DNA of 64,000 nt from Parasitella parasitica NRRL 2501 (Eukaryota > Fungi > Mucoromycota): NCBI GenBank assembly GCA_025201805.1, contig MU619366.1, positions 26,663 to 90,662 of the forward strand, written 5' to 3'. Made by a program: the position numbers and the translations under genes. Within the stretch, counting starts at the first letter, position 1. Each line of letters opens with the position of its first letter. Positions 12,085 through 23,156 of this stretch are shown piece by piece. The notes under the pieces are model-generated. The model saw only the letters and a list, made by a program, of their open reading frames with translations, searched no databases and was not told where the DNA came from.

Positions 12085-13311
12085 TCATCCATTATTCGCA
12101 AATGCGTTTTGATATCTTTCTTGTGCCAGTCGCCATTGCCTTTCTTTTCTAGTTTCGTTTTCCACTACTACGTTCATTGTTGGCTGAGATCCCAAGCCGC
12201 TCCTCGACGATTGACTTGCAGGCACAATGGGCTCTAGAATACCATCTTGGCGTTTGCCAAGGCTTTTCCCTTCTTGCCAGCCTAACTTCTGGAGCATCTT
12301 GTTGCCAATGCCCTGTACAGGTGTATCTATTGTCACTGCTGTTGATGATGTATTCATGCGAGCTGTTTGGGTATCATGTCCTGCTGCATAGTGCTGTCTC
12401 CCGGGAATGAATTTTTCGCCTCTAGCTGTCTTTCTTCTGATATGAGCACGGTCGACGTACTCTTGCGGGGAATTGTCGTCCGCAGAGGCATATAGCTTTT
12501 TCTGCGTTTTTATCCATTCTCTTCTACTAGCTTCCAAGTCTTCTTTCTTTTCGCTTGTCTGATGCTGCTCCTTTTCCTTTTTGCCAGAGGTTGTATCGAC
12601 ATATTCGCTGGCTACACAAAATTGACAAGGCCAGCCCATATCGTGTTGATGCACCTGCAAACTGGTCGATCCAATGCGAACCAAGTCCATGTGCCGTAGT
12701 TCATACGGTAAACTGCTTTGCTTGGGCTCTGATAGTCGCTTTTCGTTGACAAAGGTGCCATGCTGGGATCCGCTATCAATTATGTAGAATGCGTTTTCTT
12801 TTTTGTCTAGATACACCATGGCATGGTATTTACTGACAGCCATTTCAGGTAATCGAAGCCGACTGTCCCAGGATCGATCACGTCCAATACTAACACCGTT
12901 TTCATCCAGCAGAATAACTTGACCGCTTTTGAAATGAGGCGAAGATTGGACAACAAACCGCATGGATTGTGTACCCTGTGGATGGCCAGCCCAGTAAGCA
13001 TCGGTCAGCGGCACATAGGATTGGCTTGCCTCGTCATAAAATGAGTACTGCTTGGTGACAGTGTCAAACCAAGATTGCGTTTCAGAATCAAACATGTACC
13101 GACTATTGTAAACACTGTCATAATCACCACACACCCAGTTGCCATCCACATTGTACATGACAAGACGTCTGCAATGAATGACGTAGACTCCAGCGGCTTC
13201 ATCGAATATCCAGTCTTTGGCTTCTTGCTCTTGCTTGGATGATGCGCTTTCGTTCATGTAATTGTCCAGTTCATCCCCAAAATCAAGTTCTTGGTTGTCT
13301 TTGTTGGGCAT
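12085..13311 (-). CDS. OCRE-like + FHA + G-patch protein (AGGF1-like)
   Basis: FHA: SIGRD...VSKYHA...DSGSQHGTFVN; G-patch: GIGNKMLQKLGWQEGKSLGKRQDGILEPI; aromatic repeats YMFDSETQSWFD...FYDEASQSY. The start lies beside a 15-N gap, so it is uncertain. Confidence 0.85.
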   Translation of the reverse strand: MPNKDNQELDFGDELDNYMNESASSKQEQEAKDWIFDEAAGVYVIHCRRLVMYNVDGNWVCGDYDSVYNSRYMFDSETQSWFDTVTKQYSFYDEASQSYVPLTDAYWAGHPQGTQSMRFVVQSSPHFKSGQVILLDENGVSIGRDRSWDSRLRLPEMAVSKYHAMVYLDKKENAFYIIDSGSQHGTFVNEKRLSEPKQSSLPYELRHMDLVRIGSTSLQVHQHDMGWPCQFCVASEYVDTTSGKKEKEQHQTSEKKEDLEASRREWIKTQKKLYASADDNSPQEYVDRAHIRRKTARGEKFIPGRQHYAAGHDTQTARMNTSSTAVTIDTPVQGIGNKMLQKLGWQEGKSLGKRQDGILEPIVPASQSSRSGLGSQPTMNVVVENETRKERQWRLAQERYQNAFANNG

Positions 13312-13968
13312 GTTTGGATTNNNNNNNNNNNNNNNAAAAAAAAAAAGAAAGCAAGTCTCCTAAACATCAAATTTGAGAAATTTACAGTCGGATTCTAGTT
13401 TTGACAAAGATACACTTAAGAATTAAACCTGTAATTCAAGAGATAGCATTATTTGCAACTAGCATCTCGATAACAGGCTCATTTCATCATCGAGTTCAAT
13501 CTCTGCCGCTTCCGTGCATGTCGTGTGTAATGTGTGAATATCCCAAATTGTCCATTTCAGCTTTTAAGAATCCATTGGTTTTCAATCACGATTTCACTGA
13601 AATTGATGCCAAAAAAAGAAAAAGGGGATGCTTGTCTATTGCAGATATAGCAGCACGACAGACCTTTTATATTTGTAACTTTCAAAAGCATTTCATTCAG
13701 GTAGTAGCCTAGAAAATCTAGGAATGAAAATTCTTTATTACTACATTTTCGACAGATCAAAAAGATAATATCATCAACGAAAAAGACTACCTATTTTTAT
13801 TTGGTATTGAAAATGCCAAAAATGGTCAAACAAAATGTTGATTTGTTTTGATATTCGCATTAGTATTAGCCTACATATTTACTTTTTACTTGGTACTTGT
13901 TCTTTGACGCATCCAAACGCCGGTATTATTAATTAGTGTGTACGGCTTTCTATTAACCTTCAGAGAAG

Positions 13969-15030
13969 CTATTGAGGAGGAGCTTTTTTTTCTTCCTGGG
14001 AAGCCCCATCATGCTTGCGAGTGTCTGAGGACGATGATACATTCTCTGTCAAAGCGCTCGATGTGGTGGACACTCGGTCAATTTGTGATTCCTCTGATTT
14101 CGAATGAGAGACAATCCTCTTTTGGTACCATTCAAAAATGTAATAAAGTGCGAGGATTCCTACATCGAGGCAAGCAATGGCAATGTAATTTGCTAGATTC
14201 AAAGAATCGACTTGTTCCCCGTAGACTAAATAATGACTAATTTAGACAAATAAATTCTTGTACACCCCTACACATCTACTACATTTATAGTAAATCTGCA
14301 TCTTTTTGTGTGTACCTAAACTAACTATGGAAAATACTGATCCTGAGAAATCCATTGCGAGAAACAAGTGTGAAATACCAATGACTCTCCTCTCACCTAG
14401 CTTTATGAATTTAATCGCCCAAAATAATTTTGTTTTACATTGACACTTACGAAAAATTTCATAATACTGGGGCAAAAAGCCGCCAATGACAAAAATGACA
14501 GGAACAATGCCAAAGAAACGAATTCCACCTTGGTTGTTCATTTGCTGTGCTTTCTAGATACATAATTCAATCATTAGCGACGAGGCAAATGCATAAAATA
14601 ATAATGCGTATTTACCTTGAATGCAAAGACGAATCCAGTCTCTAGACCACCAACACATAGGCAACTTGCAGCAAAACCACAAGCTGTCTTTAATTTAGAC
14701 CATCCATGTTGATAATGAAACTCTTGAAAGACACAGATGCATGCTATAAATGTAAATATTTGAGGCTGGATCCATAGGCCTAAAGCTACCCCCAGGCCGA
14801 TATTATAAACACCCATAAAAACACCAGCAAATGTCCAGATCAACATTGTCCATACTGATACGCCGGTCGAAGTTCCCCGCTGATATGTTTTGTACGCTGA
14901 TCATTTAAACATAAACATTTGTTGACACATGATTTAGATGATTTAGCGTACCTTGTGGTGCTAATTGAAGAGACCAGAATACAAGCCCAAAGTAGCCACA
15001 TACTTGCTCGACCAAATACCGATTTGACAT
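13969..15030 (-). CDS. PQ-loop repeat membrane transporter; 5 exons
   Basis: Two PQ motifs, FWSLQLAPQAYKTY and GGFLPQYYEIFR; ATG at 15030 (MSNRYLVEQVCGYFG). Confidence 0.85.
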
Positions 15031-15424
15031 GTGTGAAAAGATTACAATGAAGAGAAAAAAGTATTATAAATCGAAAGACAGAGAGAGAGAGAGAGAGGAA
15101 CGAATGGGTTTGATTAGACTTCAAGTGCGTTTCTAATCTCAGTTCATCTCTAAACTCATCCAGATGTTGACCATCAAAAGACAATAGACATTTTATTAAA
15201 GTGCACTGCCTCAAAATATGCAGACAAGTGAAGCGTACATGCATTTATGCTATTGTTAGCAATAGCCCCCATAAGATAAAACAGATTCTTAAGTTGCAAC
15301 GCACTCCTTCACAATTAATGACAACCTTTTTTTTTTTTTTTTACAGAAGTTGAGATTTTATTTAAAAATTTTACTCTCACGTACGAAGAACGAGTACAGA
15401 AAGAAAAACACAAGTCCAAAATAT

Positions 15425-16467
15425 TTAGTGATGCTTCTTGCTCTACAGAACAAAAACAGACGTAAGCAAAAACCAAAATAGCATAAACCGCATGTCAAAT
15501 TTACCTTAATCTTACGGAGGTAGAACTCGAGTTCCTTACCTTCGAGGATGTAACCATCACAACGACCGGATTGACCAGGACGAGAAGCAATGACAGCATA
15601 AAGACGACCAGCATTGAATTGATCGTTCAAAAGAGGATCAATGGCAGAAGAGGCAGCACGAGCAGCAATCTTCTTTTCAACGCTCTTGGACTTCTTTTCA
15701 GCGGAAGTTTCCTAATCATTTAGGATTAATTTCCATGTCTCATTTCCCTCTCTCAGTCAAAATGCATTCAATATACTTACAGCTTCAGCAGACTTCTTAC
15801 CGAGGTTGATAGCGTAGTGAGATTCGTACCATTGACGGAAAGGAGTAGCATCAATTTGAATGACAGCACCCTTAACAAGAGTGTTGGTACGGACCAACTC
15901 GTTGTTGGAGGCGTTATAAACAACAGTCAAAGCACGAGTCTTGCGAGAGATACCCTCAGAGCCCCAAGAGAAGTTACCAGATTCGAGACGAAGGGCACGA
16001 CGCTTGAAGTTACCACCACGGACACGGACAAGATGAATACGCTTACCACCCAACTTGGTGTTGGCAGATTGACGACCCAACTCGAACCTTTTGGGAAAAA
16101 AAAAAGAAAAAAAAGAAACGATTTCATTAATTACTTTGATACAAATAATAAGGTTCAAGTCCAAATCAATCTAATTCTCTGGATTTGTGCTTTATGCCAT
16201 GTTTTTTTTTTAAAAAAAAAAGACTCCAAGTTGCATAGGTATTTCAGCATATTATACACACACAAGTCCATTAAATTGTTGATTTTCTTGGCCCTTGAGC
16301 ATCTAGGTGATACTTACTTTCTCTTCTTTCTGTATTGATCACGTCTAGCACCGGTGGCGCTGCGCTTGTGGCGAGAATCGCGGCTGATACCTATTTATTC
16401 AAGATAGATTGATGAATACATGTTATCATGTAAGGGATGGATGGATGTATATAGATGCTTTACCCAT
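15425..16467 (-). CDS. RPS8: 40S ribosomal protein S8 (eS8); 5 exons, first coding exon ATGG
   Basis: [15 protein letters not shown]..., [45 protein letters not shown]. Confidence 0.97.
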
Positions 16468-16554
16468 ATTGTTGTAGAGGAAGAACTCTTGGAAATCCTG
16501 ATCAGATAGTACTATTTACACTATCGAAAAAAATGATAGTAGCTCCGCAAGGTG

Positions 16555-16565
16555 AGGTCACACTT
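16555..16565 (+). promoter_or_regulatory. Homol-D-like GGTCACAC element upstream of RPS8
   Basis: aggtcacactt ~88 bp upstream of the RPS8 ATG; shares the GTCACA core of the fission-yeast ribosomal-protein promoter element CAGTCACA. Confidence 0.4.
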
Positions 16566-17600
16566 GGTGGTCCGGCTGTCTTGCTTTTTTTGGCAAGATG
16601 GGAGGGCCTCTTGTCCGGCTGTTATTACGATGAGCTTGTGTATCTTTCAATTATAAATCACAGATTCTTTGACTCGAAAAATTAAAATAATTAGAAAATC
16701 AAGTATAAAACAAGGCTAAAATCTATCAGCTGATTTTTAGGTATTGCACCTGACAATTGATAAAAGCATTGTTGCAATAATCAAGAACAACCTACATATT
16801 TAAATGCCGAAATATACTCAGCATTTATGTTTCCTTTTTGGGATTAAATAATCTATAAAAGGAAACTATGTCTATTACGGAGATTCCAAATCACTGTTTT
16901 TGTTTTCTACATATGCTTTTGTAGGCTTACTATGAATTGCACAAACAGAACTGCATACTTATCTCAGTGCCAAAATGTAAAGCATGTTATGCAAAAAATT
17001 TTACGCTAGCATTTGACGTTTGGATACGTTCCCAAGGCCTTGATAAAGTATTGGTTGAAAGTTTTGAATGCTAGAAGGTTTACCACCAGCTTTAGATTAA
17101 ATAGTTGTTCACCGGTATGAAGTATATTACAAACAGTTTCTGTAACTTATTTCGTTTAGAATATTTAACTAGGAAGAAGAAGCGGGTTTTGCTATAAAAT
17201 TAAAGTGTTAATACGCAGTAATCACCTCAGTTTGATTTGACGACAATAAAAACTACTATAAACCACCCTTTATATTCGTCACTTAATCATCTTTCTCGAG
17301 CCCTATCGAAAAATCTTGACATAAAATCAAGTTTAAGAAAAAGGAATTTAATCGATAAATCTAATATTCTTGTACTTTGTAAGGCAGAAGCTTGTAAGAA
17401 AGTTGGGATTATCCAAGATGTATATAAACGCCGAGACTTGATGGGATCGATGCAGTTTAAAAGGAAAGTGATGGGATTTAAGCAGCCAAAGTAATCATGT
17501 TTTTATATTGGGGGATGTTATAACCATTTTAACACTGTGATTTGATTAAACCGGCGAAATCCAAGTGTATCCAAGGTGGTTACATCAGTTTATCGTTAAG

Positions 17601-19338
17601 CTATTGAGAAACTGCAATTGCATGCATTCTAATTTTATTCGGTATGTTAATAATATCTATCTCAGAATACGTTGTCTCTAGAGGCACGTTTTCTTTAATT
17701 TCTTCTAATAGAGTATGTGGGGAAGGACAATTAAAATGTTCGAGCAATTCCAAAATGTCAGGATACACTTTCCTCTCCAGACCACGAGCCCATAAAAAAT
17801 CCATATGCTCCCAGCCATGGATACTCTTGACGTAGGGTAAGGGAGGCAAGTTACTTTTCAATATGTCAAAATCAACAAGGGTGTCAGCAGAGCCATAGAA
17901 GATGGCAATTGGAGTAGTTATCTGCTTGGTGGGAAACTTGGGAGGTAAATGGTCGATAACTGTATTTACCGTGCTCCAAGGTAGTATACTAGGCGTTTCG
18001 TCATACATTTGGAATCGTCCAGAGCTGATAATCTGAAACCAATGCTATGCAATCAATAGTTTTCAGTTGCGCATAAGAATTTGCAAGATTGTATGTTCAG
18101 CCACTTACGACAATTGATTTGACACTGGTCATGCTGAATAAATGTTGGTAACTAACTAGTTTCTGGTCTTCAGTCATGTTTTTGCAATGCCAGCCAAACA
18201 AAAAGTAAACAGCACCATCAATAAGTCTAACAAAAATAGGAGGGCTAATGATTCTTTGCCAAAACACAACTGATTTCAAAAAGATTTTACGACCAAGCAG
18301 ACAATAAATTATCGAAGGAGCAGCTTTGACAAACCCGTCCAAGAGAGGATGCGAGAATCCCTTTGGAGAAGCAGCAGGCGCCATTGCTATAAATAAATTG
18401 ACTTTTTCATTTAATTTAGGATTAATCGAAAGACCCCCAAATGCCTGAGCTGTGCCTTGAGAGAACCCAATGTAAGTTAAGTCGGGCGCACCTGTCTTTT
18501 GTAGGATGTACTGTCAAGATTGTATAAATAAAGTTTTAGGCTCCAACTGTGCATACATACTATGGGTAAAATGCTTACATCGATGGTATCTGGCATATCA
18601 AACATGGCAAACTCATTGATCGAAAATTCCCAGAAATCGTCATTCTTCGGGTTTCTTGTCAAGTGGGATTGACTATATTTATTTCCACGAGCATTTCCCA
18701 TCCATACATCGTAACCTCGTTCAGTCAAATACAGGGCCAAATTACGCTTTTCTTCAATATTGGATATCCAAACCTCTGAAGTCAATGTCAGACCATGATA
18801 TAGTAGTACGACAGGCTTTCCTTGGTAAGTGATGTTGGATCTTTTTTTGAATTTGTTGAGTTGGTTTGTAATAGTGGCTCCTTTTTCGTCAAATGCTGCA
18901 TTATTCCTTTGCTGTTCTTGTGTTACACGTTTTTTTTGTTTAATACGATGGAGGCATAATAAATATTGATCGCGAGTTCTGACAAAATGTTCTTCGTAGT
19001 CATAATTCCTACAAGAGTATTAATTCTCTGCTATGTGGGCGAATCAACGTTCCATTTACCAATAGCTTATCATTTCCTCAAATGTACTTGCAAACTCCAG
19101 AGGACTGACTCGAGGGCTTTTTACTGAATCAGATAACCATGGGAAAACACTAAGAAGTCCAACGGTTAAGATGTGCTAATAATACAGAAGACCTACTATA
19201 CAATTTTACAGCCGAGTCTGCAGAAACAATGATAGGCTTGGGCGTAAATGTAACTATAATCCTGACAACTGATTCAACGCAAAAAATGAATATGGTTACT
19301 AGCAAGCTCGGTATTGAAGTAAGCGGACGAACAAACAT
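17601..19338 (-). CDS. Acid lipase / sterol esterase (Tgl1/Yeh-like alpha/beta hydrolase), multi-exon
   Basis: HFVRTRDQYLLCLHRI, LLYHGL, GYDVWMGNARGNKYS, nucleophile GFSQG, catalytic HMDFLW. Confidence 0.9.
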
Positions 19339-19721
19339 AGTTGTGATAAGAAAAAAGAAAGAAGAAACTTTAACTCGCAAAAATTCACCTATTTTATACT
19401 GAAAAATGTTTGTTTCAAAAAAGTTGAAATAGTTTTGAATGCTTCAATCATCGTTATACAGAACTACAATGCAAAACAACAGAGATGATACTAAAAATTC
19501 ATCTGATATTTGCAATCGTCTATTGTCGCTATCTTACTATATAGTCTTTCAATCAGATTTTTATCTCTTGTTTTCATCCTGGTCACGATCTTCGGTATCA
19601 TTGACAGCAAAATACGTCCAATTTGGTTTTTATTGTGAAAATGGGAAATACTTCTTTGTTTGCGTTCAACTATAACGTTTATTACATATGCGTGGTATCA
19701 TTTTGCACTTGATTTGGTGAT

Positions 19722-20314
19722 TTAAATATTTTTCTTGGCTTCGTTGTTGCCACTCAGACTTCTCTCCAATTTGTTATGCTCATCTGCTAATCTGTTGTAT
19801 TCCAAAGATTGTTGAGCAGCCTGCTTCTTTAATGTCTCGAAATCAACATTTTGACGTTTCAATTCTTTAATTTGAACATTCAATACATCAACCTTCTTTT
19901 TATAATCATCCTCCATATCAATCAAGCGTTGCTGACCCTTTGTAACTTCAGCAGTCTGTTTAGAGTGTTAAAATACAATTGTAACTAGCAAAATGAGTCT
20001 ATTTACCTCGGTCTTTGCCTTCTTTAGCTCCTGCTCACGTTGCAATAATTCTAACACGAGCGCACTAGTTCTCTCCAAGATCCTAAACAAACATTTGATT
20101 ATCTGATTAATCGTAATGATCCCAGAACAGTAGCATAACCCACACACACACAGACACTTACAACGATAAAAAGAGCGTGAAACCAGTAAGATAGAGATTT
20201 CTTTGAGCATAAAAACGTTTGGCTTTCATGCTAGTCTCGTAACTGTAATCATGATGATGATTTTCTCCTTCTCCTTCAGATTCAATACGCTGAAGACGAC
20301 TTATGGTATCTATT

Positions 20315-20354
<40 letters not shown>

Positions 20355-20823
20355 AAACTTATTAGATGGCAATGTCTTGAGGATACGCGTTTAACAAGTT
20401 ACCAATAAAGAGAATAAAGATGAAACTAGCAGCAAGGTGAAAACATGAGTAAAAATGGAATTTTCTCGGGCTAAACAAACACTTACCCGAAAACGATCTT
20501 GAGAGCGTACATTGCCTTCGCCATCTACATGTGAAAGGATTAGTTTTCCAGTGTTTCTTATTTCGGGAACCTTTCCTTACCAAGGGAGATGTAGACGCAA
20601 ATGTGAGCATAGCATGACGCCAGCGAGAGGGTAAAGGAAGCTAATTTAGAATAGGTTCAATATATGTTGTAGTTTTCACAAGTCAAGTTTTAACAATTTA
20701 CAACTAAAAGGCCAAAAATGACCATCTTTTTAAAAAGTGTTAGCACAATCATCATACGTAATTAATCAATGATCATACCTCAGTGACCAAGATACCAAAG
20801 GTGAGTGCGTAATATATAGCCAT
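19722..20823 (-). CDS. BAP29/BAP31 (Yet-like) ER membrane protein, many small exons including a 24-nt exon (20725-20702)
   Basis: MAIYYALTFGILVTE-MVIFGLLV-LPLPSRWR..., KRFYAQRNLYLTGFTLFL, C-terminal coiled coil (LKKQAAQQSLEYNRL) and di-lysine end KKNI. Confidence 0.88.
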
Positions 20824-21069
20824 TGCGACAAGTTTATTATTTTAAAAAAGGAAAAAGAAAAGGGAAGTGAGGAAGAGAAGAAGAGAAAAAATAGTTTTTA
20901 AAACATGATTTCTTGGCGTAAGGCCATAAACACACATGAAAGCTTGGAAAGCTTTTTACGCATTGTTGAAACTCAGAGGGAGGATGGCAAACAAGAATTG
21001 TGTCAAGATGAGATTCGCTTCGAAACCAGGTGTTGTATAACAAAACATTTATTTTAGAAAAAAAGAAAA

Positions 21070-21663
21070 TTATTCAATGCTGATTTGCTTAGTCTGAGTT
21101 TGTGTCGTCTTAGGAACAACGACTTTGAGAACACCATTATCAAAAGATGCTTTGATGTTTTCACTATTGATAGGTGTGGGAAAGACAAATGATCTTGAAA
21201 ATGAACCAGAGACTCGTTCCTTGACCCACCATTGAGGACTATTTTCACCTGATTTAGCGAGTTGCGAAGAGGCCTTCGTTACAACCTGTTGACCTGGGTC
21301 TTCTTTGGCCGAGGTAGATTCTGCTGTTGCCTCTGCTTCGGCATCTGCTTCGGCATTAGTAGTAGGCGGCTTGATCTCCTTTTGTTCATCCACGGAACCT
21401 GACAAGACAAGTGTTTGACTGTCAGCCAATTCAATCTTGATGTTATTCTTATCATAGCCAGGCAGTTCAGCATTCAGTTCATATGATTCCGGAGTTTCGA
21501 CCATATCGGTAGCAGGGTAACGGAAGAGACCTCCAGCTCCATTGCTGGCAGTGCTTCTTGGTAATGAGCGACGAGCTGAATTGTACAACGGTTGGTCCAA
21601 TGCTGCCATCACACGTTGCATATCATGAAAAGCGTCAGTAAATAAGCGTTGAGTAAGTGACAT
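21070..21663 (-). CDS. Small heat shock protein (HSP20/alpha-crystallin), intronless
   Basis: PATDMVETPESYELNAELPG, ERVSGSFSRSFVFP, IKASFDNGVLKVVVPK, C-terminal IxI (ISIE). Confidence 0.95.
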   Translation of the reverse strand: MSLTQRLFTDAFHDMQRVMAALDQPLYNSARRSLPRSTASNGAGGLFRYPATDMVETPESYELNAELPGYDKNNIKIELADSQTLVLSGSVDEQKEIKPPTTNAEADAEAEATAESTSAKEDPGQQVVTKASSQLAKSGENSPQWWVKERVSGSFSRSFVFPTPINSENIKASFDNGVLKVVVPKTTQTQTKQISIE

Positions 21664-21745
21664 CTTGCTGTTTAATATGTATACAAGTTGGAAAGAAAAA
21701 TAGAATTGATTGCTTCAAAAAAAAAAAATAAAAAAAAAACTCTTC

Positions 21746-21910
21746 TTTTATATATGTTTTTTAACGCAAGTTCTTCCTTTTTCGAGCTGCTTCTGGAACC
21801 ATTATAGTATGTTTATCTGATGCATAAAAATTCCAGTAATTTCTTTAAAAGAGCAATGCCGTTGAAAATCCGTGCCAATCAATGGAACAGTGAAAAATCT
21901 GGAAGGTTCA
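21746..21910 (-). promoter_or_regulatory. HSP20 promoter: TATA box plus heat-shock elements
   Basis: TATATAAAA on the minus strand at ~21746-21754; TTC at 21771, 21781 and 21791 (step spacing) ending in TTCtgGAA; GAAaaATCtgGAAggTTC at 21892-21909. Confidence 0.7.
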
Positions 21911-23156
21911 CACCATCAATGGTTGATGGGAGACTACGCCACCAATACAGTCGTCTATAGTTTTATCTCCTATAATAGAGACAGCATCGATAAAGTATAA
22001 TATCATTGATAGCAGGCATAAGTTACATGTAGCCCGAGTTATGATACAGCTTTGAAATGTTGATGAGTATTCGACTGCACCATTTTTGATGTGGTGCATG
22101 ATTTTTCAACTAACTTTGCCATCTTAAATTTTGCTCAGGAAAAGCTCACAGAAAGTTGATGATTTTTTTTTAATGACATTAGATAGTAATAAATATGAGA
22201 CCTGGAACTGATTTGGTGCCGTTCAAAGCACTTGACTCGGCCAGGAAAAGTGTGTTAAAAGGGTGTAATGACTGGTACATGTCTTCCTTATCTCTCTCCT
22301 TCAAGCGACACTCAGGGCCTTTTGACTGATCTAATATTCTCTTGAAAACGCTCTTCTTACCTTATAGACCAAGTGGTCTGTAATAATTCTGAGTAGGCTT
22401 GAGGTAGTTGAATTCAATACTCTTGGATCAACTACTTGACCTGCTATAATTTTTTAGACTGAAAACACATCATTTCAGAGTTAATTTGGAAAATGAAATT
22501 ATTAATCGAAAATACTACTCTATTATACTTAATTTTGATGCAGGATTACTATAGTTAGATACAAATATAGTATTTCAAGTCAAAATTTCCTATAATCATT
22601 GCATGTGGATATTAAATCTTTGGTTGGTAGCTAAAGAATATCCTGTGCAAATTTTACTCAATATTTGCCGTTTAAAGCCTCTTGGCATCTTTTCAGTAAA
22701 GCATTTCCTTTCATGATTTGTTGGACTATATACCGAGGCAATGTATTCTGGATCCCAAAGAGAATATGTTGTATACATCGTATGAAAGTCTAACTTGAAT
22801 AGTATGAATTACTTTGATTGATCAAAAAGCACTCCAAGAAGCTCGTGCCTTTGACTCAAAAACGAAAAATATCCTTAAAAGGCCGCACAGACATCTTGAT
22901 TAGTGCCGTGGTGAATAGGATGCATTTTACTGTATATTAGCAATGCATCCTCAATATAATCGACTTACTGTTGGAGCAGTTGTTGATTTCTATCATGTTG
23001 AATTTGAGGGAATTTTGGTTGAAAATTCCATTTATTAACAAATTTTGTTTGTGTTTCAATTTTATTCCCTTTTTGTTTCTGTAGCCCTTTTTTTTTTTTT
23101 GAACTGTATACAAGACGACATACTTCCAAATAAACCAGCTGTAGGAAAAAAAGAAC

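Noticed and set aside
16088-16313. Long RPS8 intron as a snoRNA host
   Set aside because: No clear RUGAUGA/CUGA pair or H/ACA layout on the sense strand
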